Positions 39,090 through 51,649 of a stretch of 64,000 nt of DNA are shown in pieces. The notes beneath the pieces were generated by a model that had not been told where the DNA came from, ran no database searches, and worked only from the letters and a program-made list of their open reading frames with translations. The stretch is from assembly GCF_036365525.1 (NCBI RefSeq), contig NC_090413.1, positions 28,844,262 to 28,908,261 of the forward strand. The letters are read 5' to 3'. Both the position numbers and the translations under genes were made by a program. Origin of the DNA: Heterodontus francisci. Its lineage: Eukaryota. The stretch's first letter is position 1, and every line of letters starts with the position of its first letter.

Positions 39090-39389
39090 AAAAGGAAGTT
39101 CCTGTAACATTTTCACAGAAAGGGTAGTGGAAATCTGGAACTCTCTGTCCCAAAAGACTGTGGAATCTGGGGGTCAATTAAAATTTTTCAGGACAGAGAT
39201 AGATGACTGAGATGGAGAAAAGGCAGGTAAATGGAGTTGAGGTACAGATCAGTTATTATCTAACTGAATACAGAACAGGCTCCCTCAGTAAGGACAATAC
39301 AAAAAGGTGTAGTTTAGCGATTTCTCCTTGAACAATCACCAATCATTTTGGCGAAACTTGTTTGTAATTGTTGTTATCCATTGGATTAT

Positions 39390-39577
39390 TCACTGGAATT
39401 CTTTTAAAGGGATTTTATCCTGATGTTCAGATCCATTGGAAAGAGGTGGATTGTTCTGTACTTCATAGTTTCCACTTCTAAGGGCAGTCCATTTCTTGTA
39501 CAAGCCAAAGATTATCAAAGCTATGATTATTCCAATTGTTACAAATAAGATCACCCAAAGGCTGTTCCATGTTACAT
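39390..39577 (-). CDS. Gene B transmembrane + cytoplasmic exon
   Basis: ttcacag|AT phase 1; DVTWNSLWVILFVTIGIIIALIIFGLY-KKWTALRSGNYEVQNNPPLSNGSEHQDKIPLKEFQ*. Confidence 0.9.
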
Positions 39578-39819
39578 CTGTGAAAACATTAATAAAAATA
39601 CAAATCATTTATTTCAGGGCAATATATTTATTATGAAACTCCTGATCATTTCCAAAATTCATAGTTTATTTGCAAGAAAATTTTTCATGGAATCTCTAGT
39701 TTGCAATATTCAACTATTTGCTGTATTTCAAGTTGTATTCTTCACCTCCTTTTATTCTCACCAAACATGGACCATTCCTGATTACCTACACCTACACTCC
39801 ATGTCCCTCTAATACCTTT

Positions 39820-42800
39820 AATTAATTTCTTCCTTTTTTCTATTCTCCTCCACTGTCTCTGATTTGTGATGCTGCTTGTCTGACATCCAGTATTGGAGGA
39901 GTAGAAATTTCCTGCAACTAAGTATTGAGAAGATCAAAGCCTTTGTCTTCAGTCCTCACCACAAATACTGCTCCCTACCCACCAACTCCGTCCCTCTTAC
40001 AGACCACAGTCTGAGACTGAATTAAACTGTTTTCAACCTTGGCAAACTATATGACTCTGGACCAAGCTTCCGATCCCATATTCTTTCCAACACCAAGATC
40101 ACCTACTTCCACCTCCGAAACATTGTCTGTCTCCGCCCCTGCCACAGCCCATCTGCTCCTACAACCCTCATCCATACCTATGTTACCTAGACTCGAATAT
40201 TCCAATGCTGCCCTTGTTGGCCTCCAAAATTGTCCCCTCCATAAACTTGAGTTCATCCAAACTGCTGTCCGTATCCTAACTCACATCAATTCCCAATCAC
40301 CCATCATACCCATGCTCGTTGACCTACATTGGCTCTCATCCAGCGACACCTCAACTTTAAAAAAAAATTCTCCACCATGTTTTCAGTTCCCTCCATGGCC
40401 TCGTCTCTTCCTATTTCTGTAACTTTCTCCATCCCTACAACCCTATAAGATCTCTGTGCTCCTCCAATTCTGGTCTCTTACGTATCCCCGATTTTAATCA
40501 TTCCATCACTGGCAGCATGCCTTCCGCTGCTTAGGCCTTACCTCTCTCAACAACAATAACAGCAACTTATATTTATATTTTTTTTATTTGTCCTTGGGAT
40601 GTGGGTGTTGCTGGCTAGAACAGCATTTATTGCCCATTCCTAACTGCCCTTGAGAAGGTGGTGGTGAGCTGCCTTCTTGAACTGCTGCAGACCATGTGGG
40701 GTAGGTATACCCACAGTGCTGTTAGGAATGCAGTTCCAGGATTTTGACGCAGTGACAGTGAAGGAACGGTGATATAGTTCCAAGTCAGGATGGTGTGTGG
40801 CTTGGAGGGAAACTTGCAGGTGGTGATGTTCCCATGCATCTGTTGCCCTTGTCCTCTTAGGTGGTGCAGGTTGCGGGTTTGGAAGGTACTGTCTAAGGAG
40901 TCTTGGTGAGTTGCTGCAGTGCATCTTGTAGATGGCACACACTGTTGCCACTGTGCGTCGGTGGTGGAGGGAGTGAATGTGGATGGGGTGCCAATCAAGC
41001 AGGCTGCTTTGTCCTGGATGGTGTTGAGCTGCTTGAGTGTTGGTGGAGCTGCATCCATCTAGGCAAGTGGAGAGTATCCATCACATTCCTGACTTGTGCC
41101 TTGTGGACAGGCTTTGGGGAGTCAGGAGGTGAGTTACTCGCCTCAGGATTTCCAGCATCTGACCTACTCTTGTAGCCACGGTATTTATATGGCTACTCCA
41201 GTTCAGTTTCTGGTCAATGGTAACCCCCAGGATGTGGGATTCAACAATCGTAATGCCATTGATTATCAAGGGGAGATGGTTAGATTCTCTCTTGTTGGAG
41301 ATGGTCATTGCCTGGCACTTGTGTGACGCGAATGTTACTTGCCACTTATCAGCCCAAGCCTGGATACTGTCCAGGTCTTGCTGCATTTCTACACGGACTG
41401 CTTCTGTATCTAAGGAGTTGTGAATGGTGCTGAACATTGTGTATTGTGCTGAACATCAGTGAGCATCCCCACTTCTGCCCTTATGATTGAAGGAAGGTCA
41501 TTGATGAAGCAGCTGAAGATAGTTGGGCCTAGGACACTACCCTGAGGAACTCCAGCAGTGATGTCTTGGAGCTGAGCTGATTGACCTCCAAAAACCACAG
41601 CCATCTTCCTTTGCGCTAGGTACGACTACCCAGCAGAGAGTTTCCCCCCGATTCCCATTGACTCTAGCATCTTTGGCATTATAAAATGTCCCAATGTGCT
41701 TCACAGGAGCGTTATACAGCAAAATTAGACACATCTCAGGGTCAAATATGAGACCAAGATTACAAACAGTCTAGTTCAGTCTCAGAAAGTTGCCAGAGAA
41801 TGGAATAGCAGTCTTATGACTTAAGGGCAGATGTCCAAATGCTTGGTCAAAAAGATAGGTTAAAAGGAGCATCTTAGAGAAAAGACAGGTGGAAAGGTTG
41901 TGGGAGTGAATTCCAGAGCTTAGGGCCTAGGCAGCAATCGTGCAGCAATTAAAATTGGGGATGCTCGAGGCCAGAATTAGAGGAGCATAAATATCTGAGG
42001 TTTGTGGGGGTTACAGAGGTAGGGAGGGGCAAGGCCATGGAAGGATTTGAAAACAAGGATGAGAATTTTGAAATCGAGGTATTGCTTAACCAGGAGCCAA
42101 TGTAGGTCAGCAAGCACAGGGGTGATGAGCAAACAAGACTTGGTGTGAGTAAGGAAATGGCTAGCAGAGTTTTGGATGAGCTGAACTTTACTCAAGCCAG
42201 GAATGTGTTGGAATAGTCAAGTCTAAAGGTAACAAAGGCATGGATGAGGCTTTCAGCAGCAGATTAGCTGAGGCAGGGCAGAGCCAGGCGATGTTGTGGA
42301 AGTACAAAGAACAAAGAAAATTACAGCACAGGAACAGGCCCTTCGCCCCTCCAAGCCTGCGTCGATCCAGATCCTCTATCTAAACATGTCGCCTATTTTC
42401 TAAGGGTCTGTAGAAATAGTTGCAGTGACGGCACACATATGTGGTTGGAGAATGAGTGGCTTGCTGGGCCATTTCAGAGGTTATGTTAAGAGTCAACCAC
42501 ATTGCTGTGGATCTGGAGTCACATGTAGGCCAGACCAGGTAAGGATGGCAGACTCCCTTCCCAAAAAGGACATTAGTGAACAAGATGGGTTTTTATGACA
42601 ATCAATGATAGTTTCATAGCTCTAATACTGAAACTGGCTTTCAATTCCAGAACTTGTTAATTAATTGCATCTATTAACTAATTGAATTTAATTCAAATGC
42701 ATTAATTAACTAATTGAATTTAAATTCTACCAACTGCCATGGTGGGATTTGAACCCATTTCCCCAGGATATTAGCTTAGACTGCAAGATTATTGGTTTAG

Positions 42801-43100
42801 TGACATTGCCACTACAACACAATCTACCCCAGTCTAGTTTAGTCTCAGGCAGTTGCCAGAGAAAGGAATGGCAGTGGCTCGGGAACAAGTTTGTAGCGGG
42901 GACTGAAGACAATGACTTTGGTCTTCCCAATATTTCCAATAATTTCTTCTCCTTTAAGATGTTCCTTAAAACCTACTTCATTGACCAAGCTTTTGGTCAC
43001 CTGTCTGAATATCTCCTTATGAGGCTCAGAATTAAATTATCTTTCATAAACACTCCTGGGATGCTGATTACATTAAAAGTGCGATACAAATGCAAATTCT
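39820..43100. mobile_element. Cluster of L2 fragments (~39820-40550 +, ~41660-42300 -), family-B LINE (40580-41665 -) and SINE
   Basis: RLEYSNAALVGL...LVDLHWL and LADLHWLLVKQYLDFKIL are L2 C-terminal motifs; [19 protein letters not shown]. Confidence 0.8.
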
Positions 43101-43795
43101 TGTTGATAGAAGGTCATCCGTCATCGAACAACTTCCTGGTTATCTTTTAAGCAGGTTCCAGGATTTCACTGATACTTCCTCTGTTTGTTTGTCCCTACAT
43201 TTTGCTTCCAATTCTATGAAAACTCTTGTTAATCTTCCATTTTTCTGCCCAAAACATTCACCATCCATTCTCTGCACAGATTTGACTGACCTGCTATGTT
43301 GCAGCCACTCCTGGTTTTGTTTTACACTGTGATTGTCCCCCCTTACTATTAGAATTGAAGCCCAGCCATGTGATGCAGCTCACTGAGCTGCCAACACCCT
43401 GCACCATGACCGGCAGTGTGTGGATTCACAGCTGCAACTCCCCTGCTGCGGAGTTATTGCTCAGGCAGTCTGGGCAAACACAGAGCAGGAATAAAGTGCT
43501 TCTACACACAAAGAGAAACAAGTGGAAGGGAGTATCACTCTGGGCCATTCTTACTAATGTCCTAGAGGCCAGTTACAGAGCAGCATTGTGAGAGGCAGGC
43601 AGTAGTTTATCCATTTGTCCCATTACCAGCAAGTGTGGAGTAGAACAGGAGGAGTCTTAAAGAAAATAAATGAATAACTGAGTTAAGTAAACCGAAATGG
43701 CACTCGGGATTTATTTGGGATAACAGAAATGCTGCTTCAATCCACAAAGGATTAATTATTTATTCTTTGCATTCTGACCAATATTACAAACTGAC

Positions 43796-44077
43796 CTTTG
43801 ATCCTGATGTCCACTTCCTTCTCATCAGTTCCATATTTATTGGTAACTGTACATTTATAAATGCCTTGATGTTCTGATGTTGCGTGGGAAATATGGAGGA
43901 CTCCAAGAGGACCATCCTGAATGTTCCTGCCATTACTGGGGGCTTCCCACTTTAATGTCGGCGTGGGGTTTCCACTGGAATTGCAGATAATTGTAACCTC
44001 ATCACCTTCACTGAGGGTTACTGGAACCCCTGACACGGTTTGGTTATTTACTGATGTGGTTGTATTTCGAGGTTTAT
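43796..44077 (-). CDS. Gene B Ig domain 6 exon (I-set)
   Basis: ttccag|AT...AAA G|gtcagt, 282 nt; EGDEVTIICNSSGNPTPTLKW...HQGIYKCTVTNKYG...KEVDIRIK. Confidence 0.92.
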
Positions 44078-44465
44078 CTGGAAAAGAAAAAGGAAAAGAT
44101 GAAAAGAGGCAGGAAAGGCACATCACAGGATCACTGACACAGCACCACATCAGTGCTTGGATTAGCTGCATTCCCAAACTTAGTCACATATTGTGCTCTC
44201 ATCCATCTTCAACAGCCAGTTCAGAACATCTGAATCCCTACAGTTGGATTGAAGTCCAGTGAGTGTTACTGCCTGGAATTTACTCCCACTCATCTGTCAT
44301 TTTATAAATCCAAAGTGAAATGCAGTTTCTTTGTGTAAATATAAACTCAACATAACAGCCACTCACTGGATCAGCTTGCATAAGGTTATCACACAAACAC
44401 ACTGTTCACAGCGCTCAGAACAAAGGAACATTCAAAGAGTAAACTTCCTGTAATCCATTACTCAC

Positions 44466-44711
44466 ACAGAATGACTGAATTTACAGAGGAGTTTCTGGAT
44501 CCATACTCATTGGTAACTGTGCACGTGTACAGACCACTATGCCACATTTGAACTGATGGGATGTGGAGTATCTCTCTGCTGAGTATCTTCCCATCTTTGG
44601 TCCAGAACACCTGGGGAGCTGGGTTCCCTGCACCATGACATGTTAAATTCTGTGATTTCCCTTCAATCCAGTCTTCTTGTGCTTTAAAGATCTGTGCTTC
44701 CATTGGAGCAT
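44466..44711 (-). CDS. Gene B Ig domain 5 exon
   Basis: ttacag|AT...CTG T|gtgagt, 246 nt; WIEGKSQNLTCHGAGNPAPQVFWTKDG...SGLYTCTVTNEYG, like ICAM-1 D5. Confidence 0.92.
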
Positions 44712-46234
44712 CTGTAAATTTCATTAGAATACAAAATTAAAACTTGAAATTGAATAACAAAGCTCAAATACTTTTCAGATCTTTCTGGTGATTTTATTTT
44801 GGTGCTCTCCAGATGTCAGTGCTCGGAATAAAACTGACTTCTCTGTGAAAACTCAGTGTCAGCATCAAACACTCCCAGGTCAAATAAAACGCAGGATAAA
44901 GACAGAGAAATTCTCCCTGTACTCTGCGGACAAAAGCAAAAATTCTGAGTGCCACTTTTGAGAAATCTCCAAGTGATTTCTGCTTTACTCTTTCCAGTTT
45001 CTGTATAGCTGATTGAGCACCAATCTGAGAATGGAGAAGGGTGGTCTTCGGTCAAAGGGTTCTAAGAGGAGTTTTACAGCTCTCCGGTTATATGGAATTA
45101 TTGAACTATTGTTGAAATTTTACAATGCAGTATTAGTAATTAATTGATTAATAAAGTGTTTGACATTCCTATGCTATTTTAACAAAGGTGTTAACCTGTT
45201 GAAATAAACATGATGCAGCTGATTTCTAAATAAACAATCCAATGAACACTACAAATAACAAACATATCAATACAATATATTTATCTGTTATATTTTTAAA
45301 TCACTGAGTCAAAGCATTCCATTTCAAATTACCTTCAAAACTCATATGTCAGCCTCTGGTAATGGGAAATCCCATCGGAAGACTGTCAACAGTTACCTAC
45401 TGTACCAGTCATGCCTGTATTTGTCACTTTGATTGATATTTATAACGCTGAATGACCTGTCATGCAACGTTAGTGCGAGCCCAGTCGTGAAACTATTTTT
45501 GTGTTTGAAGTCAGCTGTGTGTAAGCCTGTGGCTCCATTACAGATTCATTGGGTGGCAATGTAGAATAAATATATTAGAAAGCCTTCAGATAGCAGCCTT
45601 TTTAAACCTCCCTGCACTAAGGCCTTTCCCCCAAAGTTGCCATTGGATTCCCCCCCTGAACGAAATGGTGCCCCCTCAGATATTGCATCAGGTTCCATAT
45701 CCTCGATATTCCTGCACAGAAAATGGGAACCAAGAATCCACAAGGCATAGGTTCCTTACACTGCATGTTTCCCCCAAACAGAACACTACACTCCAGGTTG
45801 AACTCAGGGATGCTCATTCCCATGAAGCTCTCGCTGCTCCCTGTCTCCTGGCTGTGGATTCCTCATTGCAACGTGAGTTTAAATTCCCTGTGATTCTCCA
45901 TTTCTCTGCTGCATTCTCATTGACAAAGCCCTTAACCCATTTTACCCACCTGCAATTACACCCTCTCGCCTCTGTCTCTTAGATCTATTCAAAAGTCAAA
46001 TTACACGAGAATGTTAGAGACAAACATCAGCAGTAACAACAGGAGGGTGGGCAAGATGAACCTCTAATTTGTTTCCAGTCTGTTACTTTCTCTGCTTCTA
46101 TGTTTTTCTATTTTACCATCACAATATCGTATCAGACAAAATAGGATCATTTCTCCCCAGAGTATTTCTCTGTGAGTGCTGGACAATTACACCAGTCTTT
46201 CTGCAGTATTCATAAACTAGATGTTAGCTATTCA

Positions 46235-46754
46235 GTCTTCTGTGTTGTTGGAGGTCAATCATCTGAGCTCCAGGACATCACTGCAGGAGTTCCTCAGGGT
46301 GGTGTCCTAGGCCTAACCATCTTCAGCTGTTTCATCAATGATCTCCTTCAATCAGAACGTCAGAGGTGGGGATGTTCGCTGATGATTGCACAATCTTCAG
46401 CACCATTCGTGACTCCTCAGATACTGAAGCATCTGTGTAGAAATGCAGCAAGACCTGGACAATATCCAGGCTTGGACTGATAAGTGGCAAGTAACATTCG
46501 CACTACACAAGTGCCAGGCAATGATCATTTCCAACAAGAGAGAATCTAACCATCTCCCCTTGACATTCAGTGGCTTTACCATCGCTGAATCCCCCACTAT
46601 CAACATCCTAAGGTCTACCATTGACCAGAAACTGAACTGGAGTAGCCATATAAATAGCGTGGCTACAAGAGCAGGTCAGAGGCTAGGAATCCTGCAGCGA
46701 GTAACTCACCTCCTGACTCCCCAAAGCCTGTCCACCATCTACAAGGCACAAGAG
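46235..46754 (+). mobile_element. Internal family-B LINE fragment with 12-bp TSD
   Basis: GTTAGCTATTCA at 46223-46234 and 46755-46766; absent from the gene A intron (~905-920). Confidence 0.8.
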
Positions 46755-47235
46755 GTTAGCTATTCATTCTTCACAACTGTTGCTCTGTGTATCATTATCT
46801 CCATTGAAAATGCTATTCTAGCATTCTTTATCTCACATTAAATAGATGCTATTAGTAGCCCACACGTTACATCAGCCCAGTACGGCTCAGCTTCCAATTG
46901 CTCCTCGCTTGTTCCTGTGGAAAAATTGGTCTTCAATTCGTATCTCACCCAATGGTCTGGTCAGGACATGTACCTTGCTATATGGCGGACTCAGGCCACA
47001 TAATCACATGATTGCACTCTGTGGTCAGTAATGGACAGTGTCTCCACACAGCCCCGTCCTGTGTTCTGCATTCTGATCAAGCTTGGAAATAAAAAGAGCC
47101 ACTGAAAAGCAGGATAAATGTGAGACCAATTCTGTTTGTTCAGGACTAAGAGAAGGGTCAGTATGAGTTTCATTGGTCTCCATTTGAAATTAAAAAACCT
47201 CACTAACTATTTGTAACCAAAATGATGCAACTTAC

Positions 47236-47517
47236 ACAGGACGTGGAGGGTGTCAACCTGTTTTTTAACACGGCTTGTTGACGGATCTTGAAGTTTCAGT
47301 TCAGCCTCGCAGATGTACTGCTGTCCATCCAGCTTTGCTTCTGCATCCACAGTATAGTAGATACTGAGCCCTGTACTGCTTGATTCATTCACTAATATGT
47401 CATTTCTGTTCTTCAGACTGAGTTGAAGTTCCCCTGAGACATTAAACACACTGCAGGTAATATTAACTGGGTTTCCTTCAGGGCTGATTGGTACTTGGAT
47501 TTCAAGGGCAGGGAAAA
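47236..47517 (-). CDS. Gene B Ig domain 4 exon
   Basis: 282 nt, same splice sites as 1375-1656; 3 aa differences. Confidence 0.9.
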
Positions 47518-47713
47518 CTGTAAAAATAATAGAGAAAAGTTGTTAGAAACACTCCCAAGCTTATCTTGCAGCTGCTCAGTGTGAAAATTCATCCTGGAGA
47601 CTTGATCTGTTGTGCTGCTTTATCATTGATCCATATTACATGCCTGTGCCACACAGACACATCCAGCCACTCCACTGACTAAGGGTAAGTAGGGAACTTT
47701 AATCACTTTCTGT

Positions 47714-48769
47714 TGTTACAATCAGGTGAGGAGAGGTCGAAAGGCTCCCCTCTTGTCCCTCTCCTTGTTTGACTGCAACTGTGTATATTCCTTTTTAAAC
47801 TGTGGATGTGTTTCCCAATTCAGTGAGTATTTACCCTTTATGTGCTATGATCATAAAAGAACCAATCCGACAGGTTTTCTTGAGTTTAAACAAGAAAGAG
47901 GTTAGTTTATTTTACTTAAGAATCTAAACCCGATCAAAGTGAAAATAATAAATTACACTCCAACTTTCACTCATTCACACACACACACCCAGTAGAATCT
48001 CACACACACAAATAGATTATAGAGTGATGAAGAAGAGTTTTGTTGGATTAGAATCCAGAACAAATAAAAGTAATATACAGTCTGTGGGGTCTGGTAATTC
48101 AGTTATCTTCTGGATGAATTCACGGTTCTGAAATCTCTGGCTGGTAGAAGTGCACTTGCAGCTGGTTCAGGGTTTTCTTGGAGACAGCGGTGTAGGTGGC
48201 CTTCTCCCCCTGGATTCTCTCTCTCTAGCAATGGTAGACCTGGATGTTCGACAGATGCAGACAGGTTTTGAAACTTGTAATTTTACCTGGAGAAAAAGAG
48301 AGAGAGATACAAACCCACTAAGGTCTTGCGCTGGTTTGCTCTCAAAGCTTGTCTGCTCTGTGTAACAAACAATTCCGTGTAACAAAAAAATTCACGTTGA
48401 TATTCCTTTTTTTCTTTAATGAGGTCTGAAGTCTGAGAATCCCAAATCTCTCTCAGGTTGTATTGTTTCAATGTTTACCCCCTGGAGATACATCACCACT
48501 AGTGAATGCTCCAAGGTGGCTTTGGATGTCCTGCGAACAAGGATTATACTGGATAATTTGTTCAACTGGATGGGAGTTTTTTAGACATGCGTCTCCACTT
48601 CAATGTCCTGGAATGTGAGGTATTTCAATCCAAATTGTGGTGGCCAACTTATCTGCCAGTTTTTTGAAACGTTAATTGTAGGATTTTTGCTTTCCTTTTT
48701 CAAAGTTTAATGTAGGTTTCCAAACGATAAATTAAAAATCTTCATTCAGCATAGCATGTTTTCTTGACA
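47714..48769 (-). mobile_element. Solo LTR
   Basis: TGttacaatcaggtgagg...gttttcttgaCA; absent at the paralogous gene A site (~1845); homologous to 48947-50162. Confidence 0.8.
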
Positions 48770-48946
48770 CAATCAATGACCATCAGGTACGTGATATTGT
48801 CAGTGGAAAAGGATTAAAAAATCTGAGATCATACTCTATCCTCACCAGATATATTCACTCCTCATCACTGAACACAACTCATTTATCGCATTCCATGGTT
48901 ATTTCTTTGTCAAGATGAGACATATTATTGTGTTTACAGTCCAAAC

Positions 48947-50162
48947 TGTTATGATCAGGTGAGGAGGGGTCGCAAGGGTCCCTTCTTGTCCCTCTCCTTG
49001 TTTGACCGCAACAGCGTTTATTTCTTTTTAAACAGTGGATGTGCTTAGCACTTCAGTGAGTGCTTAACCTTTTACCTTTGTTGTGATCAGAAAAGACAGA
49101 GGCGCAAGGGGAGAGCCAACTGTGCAACAGCCCCAACAAACAAATTTCTCTGCAGCACCTGTGGAAGAGCCTGTCACTCCAGAATTGGCCTTTATAGCCA
49201 CTCCAGGCGCTGCTTCACAAACCACTGACCACCTCCAGGCGCGTATCCATTGTCTCTCGAGATAAGGAGGCCCAAAAGAAAAGAAAGAAAGATCAGAAAA
49301 GAACCAATTGGACAGATTTTCTTGAGTTTAAACAAGAGATGACTTTATTGTATTTAACCAAAAATCCTGATTTAGATAAAAAAATAAACTACGCTGCACT
49401 TTCACTCACACGCACAGGGGAATCACGCACACAAGTAGATTACAGCATGGAGAGGAATAGTTTGGTTTAGAGTCCAGAACAAATAAAATTCATATACAGT
49501 CTGTGATGTCTGTTAATTTAGTTGTCTTCCAGCTGAATCTGGAATCTAGATGTTCTTGGAGACAGTGGAGCAGGTGGTCTTCTTCCTGGGGGTCTTTGTC
49601 TTGGATCTTTTCCAGCCAGGAGGCAAGCTTCGAATGACCAAGGTCACGTCGAGAGAGAGAAGGAGGGAGAGAGGCACCCCCTATGGACTCTGCACACATC
49701 AAAATCTCAGGAGCTTGTCCTTTTGCAAAAGAGTGCTGGTTTTTTACAGCAGGGGAGGCAGTCACATGATTGTGCAGTGTCCTCATTTGCAATTTAATTA
49801 GATTTAAGTCTAGCAATTTTCAATCTCTCTGGTCTCATTGTTTCAATGTTTATCCCCTGGAGGTACGTCTCCACTCATGAATGCTTCAAGATGGCTTTGA
49901 AAGTCCTGCTAATGAGGGTAATACTGGATAACCTACTTGACTATTCAAGCCATTGTCCTGGATGGGAGTCTTGTTAGACATGCGCCTCCAATTCGATGTC
50001 CTGGACTGTGAGGTATTTCAGTGCAAATTTTAGTGGCCAACTTGGCTGCCAATTTTTTAAAAGTTCAATGTCGGATCCCAGTTTTTCTTTTTAAAAGTTC
50101 AATGTCGGTTTCCAACCGATTAATTACAAAGTCCTCATTCAACACAGCATGTTTTCTTGACA
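48947..50162 (-). mobile_element. Solo LTR (same family) containing an RTE insertion
   Basis: TGttatgatcaggtgagg...gttttcttgaCA; absent at the gene A site (~2020). Confidence 0.8.
49097..49290 (+). mobile_element. 5'-truncated RTE-clade LINE 3' end
   Basis: KFLCSTCGRACHSRIGLYSHSRRC* C-terminal zinc finger, (GAAA)n tail, perfect TSD GATCAGAAAAGA. Confidence 0.75.
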
Positions 50163-50478
50163 ACACTATTCAGTCACTTGTTTCATACACCTTTATGATC
50201 CTGGAATATCAAGTGTCAGTAATATTCCCTGATAATCAGGGAATATCGAGTGCCTCTAACACTTTCTCATGATCTTGGAATACCAAGTGTCACTAAGACA
50301 TCTTAAGCTGCTTCTCTTTGAGTATCTGTGAATATGCAAATATTTCAAAACTTCCTAACTTGTCACTCAACGGAAGGGATTTTATTGTTTAAAGTAAACC
50401 TGACATGCTGCAATTTTGACTATCATGAACTATCAGAATGCTATCAAATCATAATGCCTCCACAACCAGAATCCTTAC

Positions 50479-50772
50479 CAAACACCTCAATGAAGACGCT
50501 ATCATTCTTTGGTGGAACTGATGGATATTCCTCAAAATCTGCTGTACAGACGACTTCCATCAGACCAGCCACCTGTGGTTTCCATGTCGTTGTTGTTCGG
50601 ACAGTATTAGAATTTGGCCTTGTTGTAACTGAATTCAGTTCTTTACCATCCTGAAACCACCTGACTCTCATCTTCTCAGCAGGATAGACATTTGGGACCT
50701 CACATGTTAACGTGGCCTCTTGCTTCACTTCTATGGGCCTCTTGTCAAGGATTCGAGGTGGATCCAGAAAAG
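50479..50772 (-). CDS. Gene B Ig domain 3 exon
   Basis: 294 nt; identical to gene A D3 except IEVKQ vs IEMKQ. Confidence 0.9.
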
Positions 50773-51649
50773 CTGCAACACAGACAAGGAATTCACTTCA
50801 CTTTGATTTGCTGTGCTGTGATTCAGTTGCTATTGGACAGAGTGGAAAACTGACCAGTACTGGTATTCCCCAATACACACATCCCAGGAGTCTATCACAC
50901 TGTTCACTGAGAGAAAACTGGAGCCATCATCAGGAGATCACATACTTTATTTTTTTAATTAATTCTTCCTACTCTTCAGGCAGCCCTTGTAACTAAATCT
51001 GCTACTTTTGTGCCAGCCACTATGAGTGGTACAGTCTGATGCATTCACCGATTAACCTTTATTGTGATCTTGACTTGCATCTGCCCACAACATCCCAGTT
51101 GAGGCTCAGACCTCAGTGTGGGTGACTCTGGGTGTAAATCTTTCAAGCTTTTTTGCTGCTCCTGCATGGAGAGATTGACTGATCTGCTCCTTGACCATCA
51201 CCTCTACTGACCACTATGAGGTGTGCAAAGCTGTCACATGAGTTTCCTTCAGACATTCCCGTCACTATTAGGAAGCATCTGGCTGCCATCTGGCAAAAGC
51301 AGGAGAGTGATAATATCAACATGTGGGCCATCCTGGAGATAAACATACTTTGCACCAATTTGTTTGTTGCAGAAGAGTAATCAAGCACAGGGAAAAGCCA
51401 TTTAGCCCAGAAAGCTCATTTTACTAATGGCTTATCTCTGCGAGCCTAGTATTCAAGCATTGCCTGAAAGATTATTGAGTAAAAGATACCTACTATTATC
51501 TTCTTAGTCGATTAATATTGGCTTATCTATAGCATTTATTTTATGAGGGTGTCCTTCAGCCTTTCTCTCTACACTGCAGAGCTCATCTTGACACCAGGAA
51601 TGAGAGTGGTGCCTTGAATGATATTTTGGAGTCAAGTTCCTAAGATTTT

